Below, one piece after another: positions 49,710-63,149 of a DNA stretch of 64,000 nucleotides (position 1 is the stretch's first letter; each line of letters opens with the position of its first letter). The DNA comes from Rhizodiscina lignyota (Eukaryota): the NCBI GenBank assembly GCA_010015805.1, contig ML978128.1:1240001-1304000 (forward strand). The letters are read 5' to 3'. Under the pieces are notes generated by a model, which was not told the origin of the DNA, searched no databases, and saw only the letters and a program-made list of their open reading frames with translations. Position numbers and translations under genes: made by a program.

Positions 49710-52035
49710 ATGTCGGAACGCGCATTCAAAGAAATCCCAGTGGCCTTTACATCGGCTCAGCCATCTTCAGAGAGGGTAAGAGGTCGAGCATTTTCTTTTC
49801 TCACTCATACGGAGCTCGCTCTCCGTGTCGAGCTTCGCAGTTTCATAGTCTCGACCCCATCCAAGACAACCTCAATCAATCTATTCTGCTGCGGTCATGT
49901 CTAACATGTGAATAGTTTAACTCGTAAGTCGAAAATGAGCTGCATCATTACTGGTGTATGTTCTGATAAATGTAAAGAGGCTTCTTGGAAGACAACCCCA
50001 GCTTTCGAATATCCAAATGGCGAGCCAACTTGGTCAGCCCCCACCCAATCGTCTCCTCTCAGTGCCTTCAACTCTTATACTCATTTACCATAGAGTGCCC
50101 TATCGCAGGTTTACAACCTCTACTTCATATGCTGTGGCTCCAACATCCAGGTCTATGAGCCTTCATTCCCAAAACAGAAGCTCTCCGACACGCCCGTCCT
50201 GATACTTCAGCCGGAGCCTTCAGCTCCTAACCTGAGCGGCTATATCGACCGCCACAACTCACATAGCATCACGCGCCTGCTCGTCGATTTCTTAGGCAGT
50301 GAAGAGATTGTGCTCGTCACCTGTGATGATGGCGATGTCATCGGTTATCGCACTGCGGCTATTAAGCGTGCGATTGAGCGCCGCTCGCAGCCAGACTGCG
50401 AGAAGTCGAATGTTGGCGATGAGGTGAAACCGTTCTGGCAGAAGAACATGGGGATCAGTGCATGGGGCCTATCTGTTCACAGGGAGGCAAGAATGATCGC
50501 AGTGAGTGCGAATACTCGACAAGTCACGGTCTTCGCCTTTGCGCTTGTAGAAGATGTCATGTCAGTCTCCTCCATCTGCGATTGAATCATCAGTTCCATG
50601 CCATAAAGTGACACCTAACATGCTTCAGGTTCCTTGGCGAGGCTCCGGATTGGCCCCACAAGAGACAGTATGACCACACGATACGGCTGCCTCAGGTCCA
50701 AGATAACATACCGAGTGTGGCATTTTGCAACACAGGGGACGATACATTGGGGCAGTTCCTTCTTGCAACAGACATCGAAGGCAACCTGCATCTGTTCGAC
50801 GTGCACAACCAGCTGCTGGTCAGGACCGTCAAATGCGCATTTTGCGCGTTGGTGAATCACAGATGCCTCTGTGATGGAAACTCGGTGTATCGGTCCTTTC
50901 CCCACGCACGTGAGTATCTCTCTGCCAAAGAAGATCCCTATCTCTCGGTGCGTGGGTAAATGAATCAATTCACTAACGCAACCTCCCAGTGTGGGGCGCT
51001 ATATGGCTCGATCGTCGCTCGTTCAGCAAGCAACCTGACATCCGAACTGCAACCGGTTCACGCAACCTGTCCGACGAGGAGCTGAACAAGCACTGGATCC
51101 TCGACATCAGCAGAACGGCCGGCGAGGTGAGGGACGCCTCTCTCGAGTACATCCCCGGTCAAAGGCCAACCACCCCCAGGAGGGAGAACAACGACATCTC
51201 CGACCGAAGCAGCAACACTTCCACACCACAGTCACTACCACAAGATAACAACCACATCCCCGCAATCGCCGACCTCGCCCTCTCCGCCACCTTCCAGAAC
51301 CCCTGGGGCGACGACGCCCTAGGGGTACCCGTGTCCGACGACGACGAAGACGAAGACGACGACGAAGAAGAAGAAGACGATTCAGACTCCGACCCTCCCC
51401 TCCGCCAACGCCTCCACTACCTCCCCTACATGGAGCCTTCAATGGCCCCAATCTTCGCGCAGTCCCCCTCCTGCCCCATCATGCAGCTCTCGCTCCGCGA
51501 AATCACCCTCTTCCAACCCCACACCATGACCCCAGACTCCGACGGCGATGCCACGCCCGCAGCGCAGGCCCACCCGCCAGAGGTGTACCTGCGCCGGCCG
51601 CTGTACCAGCACGTGCCGTCCATGCCGGCGCGGCCCTTCTTCAACTCGGACAGCATGTCGCACTTCGCGCGCCTCTCGCTGACCGCCTACATCCCGGACA
51701 TCGGCGTCGTGCTGGCGGGCAGCCCGGAGGGGCGCGTCGCCGTGCTGTCGCTGACGCAGACGCAGGTCGAGGTGGAGGCCCGCCTGACGCCCTTTTTTAG
51801 CATGCGCCTGGACTGGATCCTGCCGCTGCGCAGCCAGGAGAGGAGCGGGCAGCGGCCGGAGCAGTTGCTGCTGGGCCTGGCGGTGGGGCCGGTGCAGGGC
51901 ATGTTGGGGCGCGGGGGGAAGGTGAGGAGGTGGAGGGTTCTGCTGACGTATGAGGGGCATAATGTGCTGGCTTATGAGATTGCGAGGCCGCGGGCGAGGG
52001 ATGGGAAGGAGAGGGCGAGTGTGTTGGTTGTTTGA
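49710..52035 (+). CDS. CRT10: CRT10-family WD40-like protein, multi-exon
   Basis: Spliced KWRANL|SALSQVYNLYF, HSITRLLVDFLGSEEIVLVTCDDGDV, SAWGLSVH, DNIPSVAF, IPDIGVVLAGSPEGRV. Confidence 0.8.
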
Positions 52036-53018
52036 CGGAGGTTGCTGGGGATGTTCGCGGAGCTTTTCGGTTGGACGGTCTGGAGGGTCTTTGAGATTCA
52101 ACTTTCGATGCTTCGTTCTCTGAATGGACGTGTTAATAGCCCTTGGCACGAATATGAATGACGAACGAGAACACCATGAACCAATTCAAACTTGGTAACG
52201 ATCGAACAATCTCATTTGACTCGACTCTTTTGACAATCCTACTGTATGTTCACGATAGCCAACCTTTCAAACCCATACCCCCCATATTGATCACAAGCCC
52301 CCTCCCCTCCTTCACATCCATTTCGTTCCTCATATGGACCCCTACCCTCGAGCCTCCCGAGTCGTACCCTACGTAGAGTGTCGAAGAGACATCAAAATCT
52401 CTCCGATGCAGAAATTAAGCCCGATAAACAAGTTCCACAACACTGAAAATTAACGCCGGGAGAATGGAGGGGATGGTTTTTCCTTCCGGACTTTTTGTTT
52501 CGCGCGGGAAGAAAAAATAAGAAATTAAGTTTCGGTTTTCTGTCGAGGGAAGGGTAAAAACGGACAAAGACAAACAGGCCAGGAGGCATAAAACAGGGGG
52601 AATAGAGCCTCTGCACAAAAAAAAGAAGAAAAGGCAAGTGCAAATGGAAGCCAACGCCGTGGACATGGATATAATCACAATTCGCAGCGTGAGAAACAAA
52701 ACATCGAGAAAAGCTTCATTCAAATCCATCAATGGGGAAGACCACCCGTCATACCCTTCAGCCGTGAGTTCGCCGTTCGCCGTTCATGCTCTGTACATAT
52801 GTCTGCCTCGATCGTTCGTTCATGCTGCTCTTGCCACTTTGCTCGTCCTTGCCCCGTCAGACCGACCTCCCCGTGCAATCATCGAAGCGCTATGCTCCAG
52901 CGCTGACGGAAGCGTTGACATACTTGGTGCTAGTTGCGTGTAGCAGCGTCCTTCAACTTCTGACGTCATCCCCAGCTCATGCCATTAAATCTCAAACCGA
53001 ATCATTGGTTGGCCCTTT

Positions 53019-54557
53019 TCAAGAGTGGAAGAGATCCCAAGCCCGACCACAAAGCGAGATGAATTCCTCCTTTTTTCTCTGCCTCGTCTCCGGGCTGTCC
53101 CTCTCCCACCGGCCTTCCGCCCATCTGGCTTCCCGGTCCTCGCGTCTCTCGGCCATCAGAGCCTCACCAGTCCGTCGGCGACCGAGTGCAGGCGGCGACA
53201 TGTCCCTTTCGAATTCATCGCGGTCGCGTCGCCGACTCATTCTATCCGCGCTCGAACCGGGGGCAGAGCCAGAGGGGACTGGGAGACCGTCCCGCTTTTG
53301 GTGTGGCATGGGCGAGGGTGGCGTGGGCGGTTGGTGGCCACCGTAGTGAACGATGCGGGGGAGGAGCTCTTCACGGCCGCCAGCGAGATTGTTCAGCGCC
53401 TCTTCGGCAGACTTGTATTCGCGAGGTCGACCAGCAGATGCTGGCGGAGGTTGAGAAAACTGGCCCTGTGATACGGGAGTGAAGGCTTGATGTTGCTGTT
53501 GCTGAGGTGGAGGAAGACCTGGTGACGGTAGAGGTGGTTGGACGTTGCTGTGGCTCGAATGGCCAGGACTGTTGTTATGTGGGAAGGCGGCAGCGCGGCT
53601 CGATTGCGGGCCGTTCTGGAAGCTGTCGCCGGGGAAGACGTCAGAGATTGGAGGGAGCCGATTGTTCGTCTGTGTGGCGGGGACATGGTGGATGTGCGAG
53701 GTGTTGGAGAGGCCGGATGGTTGGTTCGCAACCTGTCGTGTAAGTGGATGGATACTGCGATTTAGACCAGTGAAGGTCTGGTTCAGAGGGGCGGATTGGA
53801 TGACTCGCTCATTTGCAAATTGTTCATGAGAAGGAGCGTTGATGGACAAGCCAGGCGGTGGGCCTTTGCGCCGCGATGTGCCGGGCGGCTTTGTGGGTCG
53901 AAAAAGGCCACTTGGACCGTCGCCGGTTTGATCTGGTGGAGTGGACTTGTTGCCGGTAGAGGTGCCTTTCTGGCGCGCTTCGATGATTAGCCGTTGCTGC
54001 TCTCGCACATTCATGCTCCTCTGTAATTGTTCCCTCATGCCCGGGTCCTGCGTGTGGAATCCAGGCGACAGGCATGCCAGGCCAACATCTTGAATTGCCA
54101 AGCCAGCACTCTCTTTCGACGTGCGAGGACCAGCGGAGGGTTGGCCGTTCGTGCTGTTGGCGCCCTTGGATAAATCCAAGCGACGAGGGCGATGTCTCGA
54201 ATTTGCCATCTCTGGCGAAGATGGTTCCTTCTTCACGATAACTTTCGGCGGTGGTGCAGCTCTGCTCCTAGTTAAGAGGCGTCAGTCCAACCATTCACAT
54301 GTCAGCATTATTAAGACAGGTTGCACGCACGAGATGGGCGAACTCTTCCCGTCTGACGGAGTTCTCTGCGGTGGACTCTCGTGGTTCGAAGAGGGACTGT
54401 GGCCATTTGAAGGCCGGTTACTTCGAGTCGCTGGTGTGCCTGCGGGCGTGGAGTTCGATGGAGCGATTGCCGGGTATGATCTCGAGCCAGCGGACTGTTC
54501 GATGGACGGCGGCGCCAGGGCCGAAGACGACGGCGGAGGGGCGATGGCAGTGGTCAT
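53019..54557 (-). CDS. Disordered Pro/Ser-rich protein, possibly a Dig1/Dig2-like regulator, 2 exons
   Basis: An intron at about 54269-54330 joins MTTAIAPPP... to the 405-aa ORF; ordered-looking blocks CLSPGF...MREQLQRS and KKEEFISLCGRAWDLFHS. Confidence 0.75.
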
Positions 54558-57500
54558 TGTGTGTGGAGAGGATGGAGATGTTGGGAGAATGGTGTTTGTG
54601 CGGCGAGGTGCGTGGAGAGAGTCGAGGTGGCTCCTCGCAACCGTGAGCGGCGAGTGCAGCAGAGGCTTCGAGGATGAAACCGAGGGGTCCAGTGGCCGCT
54701 GCGGGCGCGGATAAGTGTTGCGTGTGGAGAGGCAAAACGAGCGGCCGGTTCTAGCAGAGCAAACTGCCAGTTCCTGTTGGTGAGGAATAAAGGTGCGTGA
54801 GTGGAGGAAGAGGGGACGGCGTGAGCTGCGAGAGGGAGAGCAGCGCTTGACGGGGACGATTGAGTATTAGGTGGTTGTAGTCAGTATTACCTGCGTGCAG
54901 GGTTGGGTATTATTGGCGTGCTGCAGATTTGGCGGGACAGGCAGGGAGGGAAGGGGGGAGGGTCGAAGGCTCCTGGTACATAGAGCAGAGAGAGCGAGGG
55001 GCTAGAGAGCCGTCTGGCTTGTGCTCCGCTCAGCAGCGATTCCCGCCATCCATCTGGCTGGCGCATTCTAGCCACTCCGGCCTGGCGTGTATCAGGTCAT
55101 GGATCCCCAACCGCTAGGAGCAAACAAGAAACACCCGACGCTCCTGGTAATGAACATCACTTGCCCGACCTGCGCGCAATTACGCTCGACACTTACGAGA
55201 ATGCGGCGAGCTGTTGGACAGCGTGCGACGCCGCGACGGCCAGGCAGGCCGGCCGCTGCATCGGGCAAGAGGCAGCACAGCAGCGAGTACAGCTGCTTGC
55301 AACTCCCTTAGCCCTTGTTTCAGCACGAACGCCATCAACGGCCCGCCGCAGCCAATCACGCCCGCCCGCTGCTTGGCCGGCGCGTGAGCCTCTGCGACGC
55401 GCTGCTGCTGCGCGACCGGCGCGGGTGGCTGCCCCTTCCGCCCACGGCGCTACTCGACAGCGCAGGCTCTGTAACGCAGTTGCAGCCATCACGGCGCGAC
55501 TGTCTCATCGCGCACCTCGTCGCCGAGCGTGCAACGCACCCACTGTTGCCGGCGGAGAGGAGTGCGAGGGGCGAGTCAAACAAGTCAGCGGAGCACGCCT
55601 CAAACATCCAGCGCATCTGCCTGCCCGGCCACTCACCACCGTCCAATCTCGCCGCCGATCAGAACGTTTCCGCCGCAGACGCAAGTTTCTTCTGCAGCGG
55701 GGAGATTGGCTCAATACATTACGGACCGTCATCTGCAACACGCCAGATGCCCGCTGGGATGCAGCTCCGCAGCCGGAAGCGGACGAGCATGCTCGCCCAA
55801 GAGAGACAGCTGCTGCACCTCTCCTCGTGACAAGCCCGTCGCGCCTGCCCATTCGCTCGACAGCCGCCACCCTCAATTGCACGTCCAGGGGCGCGCCCGT
55901 CACTTGCTGCGCTGCTGTGCCATCGCGTCGCTGGAAGCGTTCGCAGCTGTCTGCCCGTCTGCTCCAGCGCTTGACCCGCCAACCGAACGCACGCTATGCA
56001 GCTCCTCTTGCGTGCTTTTCTCTCCTCAACCGCGACGCTGACCATGCACGCCATCCTTGCTAGCGAGCCCATTCTTTTCGCCTTACGAACCTTGGCAGTC
56101 ATCCAATACGCCTGCACGCTGAACAGCTCGCCCGCACTGGAATTTCCACCTATCGCCGTCGCCGGATCTTCATTCCTTCGATCAGCACCCGCGATCTTCC
56201 CGCCCATTGCGTTCTTGCGTCTAATTTTAATCCATCTATATCGTATGCGAGAGCCGTATAAATCAAACGACAATTGCAAACGTCCCGCAAGGATTCATTT
56301 CCTCGATTTTCGGCTGTCGTCTCGACTTTCCAGGCATGTCCATTATTAAGCTTCTCATGACTCCATCGCGCAGTAGGCTCGACACCCCCGCCAATCATAC
56401 AATGTAAGTGATTTGTACCTCGAGCATTGCTCGGGTCATCATACTTTTTCGATATAAACTTCAAACTACGACCAATCATATCGGCTCAACCATGTCTCGT
56501 ATTCTCTCACGGTCAGTCACCAGGAAGAAGAAGACTTGCTACGCTCTTTACGCGAAGAGTGCCTCTCGTCCAGAGGCGACGCATCATTGCCAGACACACC
56601 GCCATCTACGTCAAACGCATTGGAACGTCCACGCCACTTCGAAACATAAACAACCTCTAGCGAGCCCTCGCCTTCACGGCGTCGCCGCATGTCTTGCACC
56701 ATGCAACCACATGCGGCTGGGTATTCTGATCTTAACCAATGACGCGTATTTCCATCTGCTGTAGCGAAGACACGTGAAAGTCAAGAGCAATGGAAGCATG
56801 ACCTCGAATCATTAGCAAACGCCAGACATCGCCACCTGCACATGCGACACCGCACCAAATTCGTCAACAACCAAAACCCGGAAAAACCCAGAGCGCACTG
56901 TTTCGAAAGTGCCGCACGATGCTCTGTGCGACCTGCGCCACATTCCTGTCTCGGGTATCCGTTCTGGCCAAAAAGGTCCAAAGCTTCCGGAAGATCAATC
57001 AGACACCGCCTCAGCGACCTCTCGCTAAGCTCTCAACCTCTCTTTGTACACTTCCCCTCTATCGGAGTGCTCAGACTGAGGTATGCTACGCCTTCCCCGG
57101 CCTCTAAGCCCCTCTTGTCGCACCAGCTGCTTCATACTCGGCGAACAGAAGTGTAAGCGACATAGCGCAGAGCGTCTTCATTTCTCAATATCCGCATTCA
57201 AAACCTGTAGTTGTTACCTGGAGTGCAGCGTGTTACTGCCTTTGCGATTTGGCCGAAACTACATCGAGCCACCCCCACGAGGATGATAGTGAACACGCTA
57301 ACTGAAGCGGCGAACAGACTGTCTTGATGACTATCGCGTCCTAGTTCCCTTATGTCTCATACCCATATAAGTCCATCGTCATTATTTCTATTTCTATTTA
57401 AACGTCGAGGTCTTCTGCGTCTCAATCCGTCTCATACCAAATAAGGTTAGTGTAGCGGTTTATGCTTAAATCTTTATTGAGCCTCAACTGTAGTTGCTAT

Positions 57501-57756
57501 CTTTATATAGTAAGCCAGCAGTCAGAGGGAGGGTCTGTAGCCCCAGTCATCTATTACACGAAGCAGATTCGATAGTTCGAAAATATTGTATATACATTTC
57601 CGAGTCCGCTCGCAGAGTGGACTTTCGCTATGCTACGCTATAAGCCAAACTACCATCACAATGTAATGCGTAAGAACATCCTGGATCTTATACGCACGCA
57701 ATTATAGCTTTGTTCAGATCAATCTGAACCCCTCACATCAGGCCCCTTAAAAACTC

Positions 57757-60063
57757 TCAATCCTCTCCTCCACCGCCACGTGGGGATTTCCCTTCCGTAA
57801 CCGGCCACTTCGGCCCCCAGCTCCCGTCCCGACTCCCCAAACCGCTGTTGCCGAACGGGTCGTCGCTGTCTGTCTCATTCTCGGACCGCGCTTGCGGGCT
57901 CGGGCTCGGCCCGTTCAGCTCCACGTCGCGCGCCACCTCCTCGATACGTCGCGCGATGCTGTCCCTTCTGCTCGTGCTGGGGACGGTGATGCCCAGCCCA
58001 ATAGCTGGACTGCTTGGTCGCGTTGACAATCCGGGGCTTGGAGAGGTCTGCCGTGTGGGTGTGCCCGTGGACTGGCGAAAGGGACTCCGCGTGGGCAGAG
58101 GCGGCGGCGTAAGCGCGTACTCTGGAGTCCTAGGCGAGGGGGTGGGCGTCTTTTCGCGCTCGAGCCGCTGCGCCGTTTGCGCGATCATCCGCTGGCGCTC
58201 TCTGTCGCGACGCAGCTGCGCGCGCTGGGCGAGAGTGAGATTCGCCAGCGGTGCTGCTGTGCTGGGCTCGGCCTCAGTCGCCGATGCTGGTGATGGCGTT
58301 TCTATCTGTCCTTCTATCCCTCTCGCTGTGCTGGGGAGGCTCTTTCGCCTTACAGACGGATACCGCGCGAGAACTCGGCGCGCTTGTGGACCTAGGGGAG
58401 CACGTGGAGCGTCTGGGGCCGACCCTATGCCGGCAATTACAGGTACTGAATGGAATATGCTGCTACGGCTTCCGCTGGACGCTGATTCTGATTCTAGTAC
58501 TGGTTCGAGTTCTGGTTGCTGTTGAACTTGTGCTTGGGGTACTGCTAGATCGGAGAATGGATTCGTGGGTACAGCCGCATCAGAGAATGGATTCTGGCTC
58601 GAGATCTGTCCAGCCGGGCCTGCGACTGCAGACCTGTACCTCTGGTTTGTTGTATACGTGAGCGTGGGCTCGCCAATCTGCATGTCCAAGTTCTTGCTTC
58701 GGAACGAGCGTCTCAGTGAATTGCCAACTTGGCGGAACAGTGGGGCAGCTAAAATTCCGTATACGACATTTCCAGCCTCAGCCTTTTCCACATCGCTTGC
58801 CGGAGTGAACTTCTCCTTGGCTCTGTAGAACGCCTTTGCGACGCGTTTCCGGAAGAAGAGCAAAAGTGCGGCGAGGACAAGGAAAGCTTTAAGATATGTA
58901 AGACGACCTGATCAATGGTTAAGAAACTGTAGAGTTTCTCACCTAGGACGCCCAATACGATCAAGGCGATCTCCGCTCCTTGGCTAAGGCCACCTGAACT
59001 ATCCGATGTTCCTGATTGGGATAACGCAGATTGCGAGGGACTATTGGTCGAAGAGCTTGGCCGTGTCGAAATTGTGCTCAGAAATGTTGGCTCTGTCGTG
59101 TGGGCGTTAGAAAAAGTTCTAGTGGGAGCACCGTCGGACGACTGGAGTAGCGTAGTGCTGGTGGATGTTGGGGCGATGAGTGGAGCTTCCAACGACGAGT
59201 GAGACCCTGGTAGTTGAAATTGGATGGAGAGCTATCTCACCTGAAGTACTGGTTGTAGATATTGGTATCTATACTATGTTAGTAGATAAGTTTAAGGTGA
59301 TGATAGTATCACTTGCCGTTAGAGGTGTTTCTGGATTTGATGTGGAGGAAGAGGGATCAGAGCTCCCTAATGAAGCAGAAGAGCTGAGCGTTGAAGAAGC
59401 AAGAGAAGTTGTTGTAGATGCCGCTGGCTGATAAGTGCTCGATAAAGCTGGAGAGGTCGAGGCTGATTGCGATTGCTTTGGCAAAGACGAAGGTTGTGTT
59501 GGAAGAGGTGGTGGTAGTAGAGATGCAGAAGATGGTGCAGGCATCATTGTAGGAGTTTGCGCCGAAGCAGTTGTAGAGCAGATCGACGGTAGTACTATAG
59601 GTGGACCCGGGCCTCCGTCAGGTGAACGTGCAAGTACGTTTGGGCCCAGGAGTGCTGCAAGTGTTCCGCATTCACAATTCGGTGCGGGTAGCGTGGGTAC
59701 AAGCAGAGGAGAGCCTAGTTGAGCAGCGCGTTGCGCGAGAGAGTCGTCATCTCCGTCGTCGTCATCATCGCTATCATCGCTATCGTCCCCGTCTCCGTCA
59801 CCATCAAGCGTTGGTAAGGGTGCCTGTCCAGTTGAACATTGGCCCCCCGCTGGTGCGGCCGCAGGACTCTGCGAGTCGTTGCCATCATCAGGCTCTGGAG
59901 CTCGGTTTTCCACGTCTCGTCGCAGTCGCTTTGCAGCTCGATTCTCAGAATCTTCTCGTCGTTCGAGTAATTGGGTCCACCGCGAACCGCGTGTCTTCAG
60001 CCTTGATCTTCTTTCTCCGACCAAGCCGGAGCTCGGTAGCTGCCTTGCAATACTCATGCTCAT
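57757..60063 (-). CDS. Ser/Thr-rich single-pass membrane protein; exon structure uncertain
   Basis: S/T-rich region, spliced TM segment IALIVLGVL|AFLVLAALLLFF-RKR, cytoplasmic tail with NPFSD twice. Confidence 0.6.
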
Positions 60064-60804
60064 GAGTCCACGAGTCTTGAAAAAAGAACAAAGAGAGTTA
60101 AGAAGGAAAGACAGACAAGTTACAGCGGAAGTGATTCTGAAAAATGCTGCAGCATGTAGTGAGTACTACATTGAGAGGTAGAAGCCATGATCAAGAACGT
60201 GAGAAAGGAAGAAAAACACATCTGGAGCTTGACGTGCGGAGTTGAACGGATTAGACCTGCAACAGCAGGCAGCCCTTCCCTCCCCACGCCCCAAGCGAAG
60301 CTTGTTTCGTGGTTGACTGCGCCTCATTACCTTGGATATAAGATCAGAATCGAAGTGTACAGGCGTGGAACATACTTGCGGACTCGATTCCGCTAGTTGG
60401 AAAGCCCTTGGCGTGTATCAAACAGTGTCTCCAGAGTTGAACGAGCCAACCACCATTTTGCCAGGCGTCTCAGGCCGCGCGGGCCAACCGATGCCGAGCG
60501 CTTTCACCCATATTATTGTAGAACGATCGTTCGGATGTTCGCCGGTATTCGCTTCCAGCTGCAATAATAATATACATATTGCAGCCTATTCACAGAAGAG
60601 GAAGGAGTCCAAGTCTCACCCCTGTGAAGTTCGATCGCTCGGATCTCAAAGAGCCATTCGTCAAATAGTTTTGCCGGCCGGGAGCCAATCGTTGGAACCT
60701 CTATGAAGCTTTGATCTTGCTGGAACTGCCAGAAGCCCGGTTCGAGGTTCAACAATCTAATTAATTCCATACTGACTGTACAAGCCCGGCAGTTGGTTCC
60801 GAAC

Positions 60805-61567
60805 ATGCTCAAACTCTTCACCCTCCTCTCCGTGCTCCCGGTCTCCCTGGCCGCGTTGATCACCGTCTCGATTCCGAACACACCTCTCGTCAATCCGTCC
60901 TCCCTCCCGGCTTCGACACATGCGACGCTCGACGAACATGGTGTAAAGCTTGACGCCCCAATCACACGCGCAAACACTTTCGTCTTCCACAATGTCAGTT
61001 CCGGAAGCTACTTGCTTTCCGTGTTCTGCAAGGACTACGCCTTTGAGAACCTGCGGATAGACGTCACAGGCGAAGAAGAGAGGATTGAAGCATGGCAGAC
61101 GTTCCGTGGGAATGAATGGGACAACAAAGGGGAAAGCAGAGCCGGCGTGGTGCCAGGACAGGTTGAGGTTCGACCTGTTGTTGCGAAGGACTACTATCAA
61201 CAAAGAAGCGGCTGTAAGTTGAGACTCAAATATGCATTTCCTATCGACCCGCTAACCAGTTTCAACTCGTGCAGTCTCCGTCCTCTCCTTCCTCAAGAGT
61301 CCTATGATCTTGATGGCGCTATTTTCCCTCGTCATGATCGTCGGAATGCCAAAACTCCTTGAGAACATGGATCCAGAGGCACGCGCCGAGTTTGATGAGA
61401 TGCAGAAGACCACCGGCCTTGGAGCTGCCAGCAATCCCGCTAGCGCAATGCAAAACTTTGACCTTGCAGGTTGGATGGCTGGAGCGACTTCTGGTAGTGG
61501 AAGTAACACTCCCGCACAACAGCCAGAAGAAAGAGGTGGAAAAGGTGGGCAGCGGAGACGAGGGTGA
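60805..61567 (+). CDS. EMC7: ER membrane protein complex subunit 7, 2 exons
   Basis: Signal peptide, FVFHNVSSGSYLLSV, WQTFRGNEWDNKGE, PMILMAL...GMPKLLENMDPE. Confidence 0.88.
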
Positions 61568-61618
61568 AAGCCATTGGGGCAATAGACATATCTACTCTGT
61601 AAACATTGCAATCCACGT

Positions 61619-62794
61619 TCATCCAGATGTCCCTCTTCGCGCAGCCGGCATGGCCCTTCGCTCCCGTACAGCAATCTTCTTGCGTCGTCTATCAATTGCC
61701 CTATCGCGCTGTTTCCCCTTCATGCCCTCGAACTTGTCGATGAGTGCCAGCTTCTTCTGCTCCGACTTCTTGAGGAAGAATGCCTTCTTGCCTTCCGCCA
61801 CCTTCTCCTTCTCCTCACGCTTGTGCTTCTTCGCCACATCCTCCAGCCTCTGCTTCTCCCGCCGCGCCTGCTCTTGGCTTTCCATCCGCGTCAACTCTTT
61901 CTTAAGCCTATCCTTCTCCTCTGCAGAGAGCTTCTCGCCCTTTGACTTCCGCTTCTGGTCCTTCTTCTTGCCCTTGCCCGCCTCCCCTAGCCTTCCCTTC
62001 AGGTCAGCAATTTCGGACTGTCGGTAGTCGTTCAAGAATTCGTAGTTCTTCGCAACTTTGTCTTGTGTGGGCTTTGGTCCTGTTATAGGCATGAACCGTG
62101 GATCCCGTGGGCGAGAGGAAGCTGGTCTATCCGAAGACACGACACTGCGCTTGCGTGAGACTGCCTTATTTGAAGGCATTGCCATGGGTGCATGCTTGGA
62201 CCGTTTCGCGAACTGAGACGTTGGAGCGGCGTCTGGCTCTGAATCGGACTCAGAATCCTCGGAGCTTGTCTCTGAATCTTGCCCAAGACGTGATTGACCG
62301 ACATTTTTAGAGAATCCTTCCTCTTTCTTGTCCAAGGTCTTGGGGACTCTTTGAGCTGGGACTTCATCATGGCCACGCTTTGTCCCACGCAGCTCCCTCA
62401 ACCGCTCTCGCAGGGCCTCCAGCTTTGCTTCTGTGTCCCCTGAAGTGAGATCGCCTCGTTTGCGCTTCCTACTCGCCTCCTCGTCCCTCTCGATTTTGGT
62501 TTGTGCCTTTGCCAATGCGCCAAAAGGCACTTTCCTCAATTGTGCTTGGATGTCGTCGCCTTTACTGCCATCCACCCCCGAGTTGTCCGACTCATCAGAG
62601 GAATTGTCTTCTCCTCCTGTATCCTCTTGGCCTTCTGCTTCCTCCAACTCTTCATCTGACTCCTCAATGGCATCGGCATCACCAGTGTCGAGGATGGAGG
62701 GCGATGAGCCTTCTAGCTCATCAGAGTACGGGTCTGAGGCCGAGTCATCATCTCGTGCGCGCAGATAGCGTGAAAGTGTTTTTAGAAGCGGCAT
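61619..62794 (-). CDS. RRP36: rRNA biogenesis protein Rrp36
   Basis: VPFGALAKAQ, KRSKHAPM, RDPRF, YEFLNDYR, FFLKKSEQKK. Confidence 0.92.
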   Translation of the reverse strand: MPLLKTLSRYLRARDDDSASDPYSDELEGSSPSILDTGDADAIEESDEELEEAEGQEDTGGEDNSSDESDNSGVDGSKGDDIQAQLRKVPFGALAKAQTKIERDEEASRKRKRGDLTSGDTEAKLEALRERLRELRGTKRGHDEVPAQRVPKTLDKKEEGFSKNVGQSRLGQDSETSSEDSESDSEPDAAPTSQFAKRSKHAPMAMPSNKAVSRKRSVVSSDRPASSRPRDPRFMPITGPKPTQDKVAKNYEFLNDYRQSEIADLKGRLGEAGKGKKKDQKRKSKGEKLSAEEKDRLKKELTRMESQEQARREKQRLEDVAKKHKREEKEKVAEGKKAFFLKKSEQKKLALIDKFEGMKGKQRDRAIDRRRKKIAVRERRAMPAARRGTSG

Positions 62795-63149
62795 ATTCGG
62801 TAAGAATTATCTCTGGCTCGTTGTGTTCACTGTTGTGGAATGGTAGGTTAAATATTCATTGCCAAGATTTCGAAGTTCCCCACTCGCCAGGTTCTACAGC
62901 GGAGATTTCCGCTCCGCCCCAGGAAAGGGTGATGCGACGCTAGGTCGGATAGCACACGGAAGGCGAGTTTATTCTCTTGTTCAAGTATGATACAAGTCTA
63001 TTCTCCTATTGACGTGTTTTTCGCCTACCTAGCACTCATCTAAACGACGCTTTTGCCCTCCAGTATGCATTGGAAATGCCGAAAAGTGGTATCAAGTTAC
63101 ATCCCCGGCTTGTCCTCAAACCCCTAAAGAACAAGAAAAGACCGCCGAA

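Noticed and set aside
55161..56063. 300-aa ORF and overlapping ORFs in a GC-rich region
   Set aside because: Arg/Ala-rich translation typical of GC-rich non-coding DNA with open frames on both strands; probably the promoter of the 53019-54557 gene.
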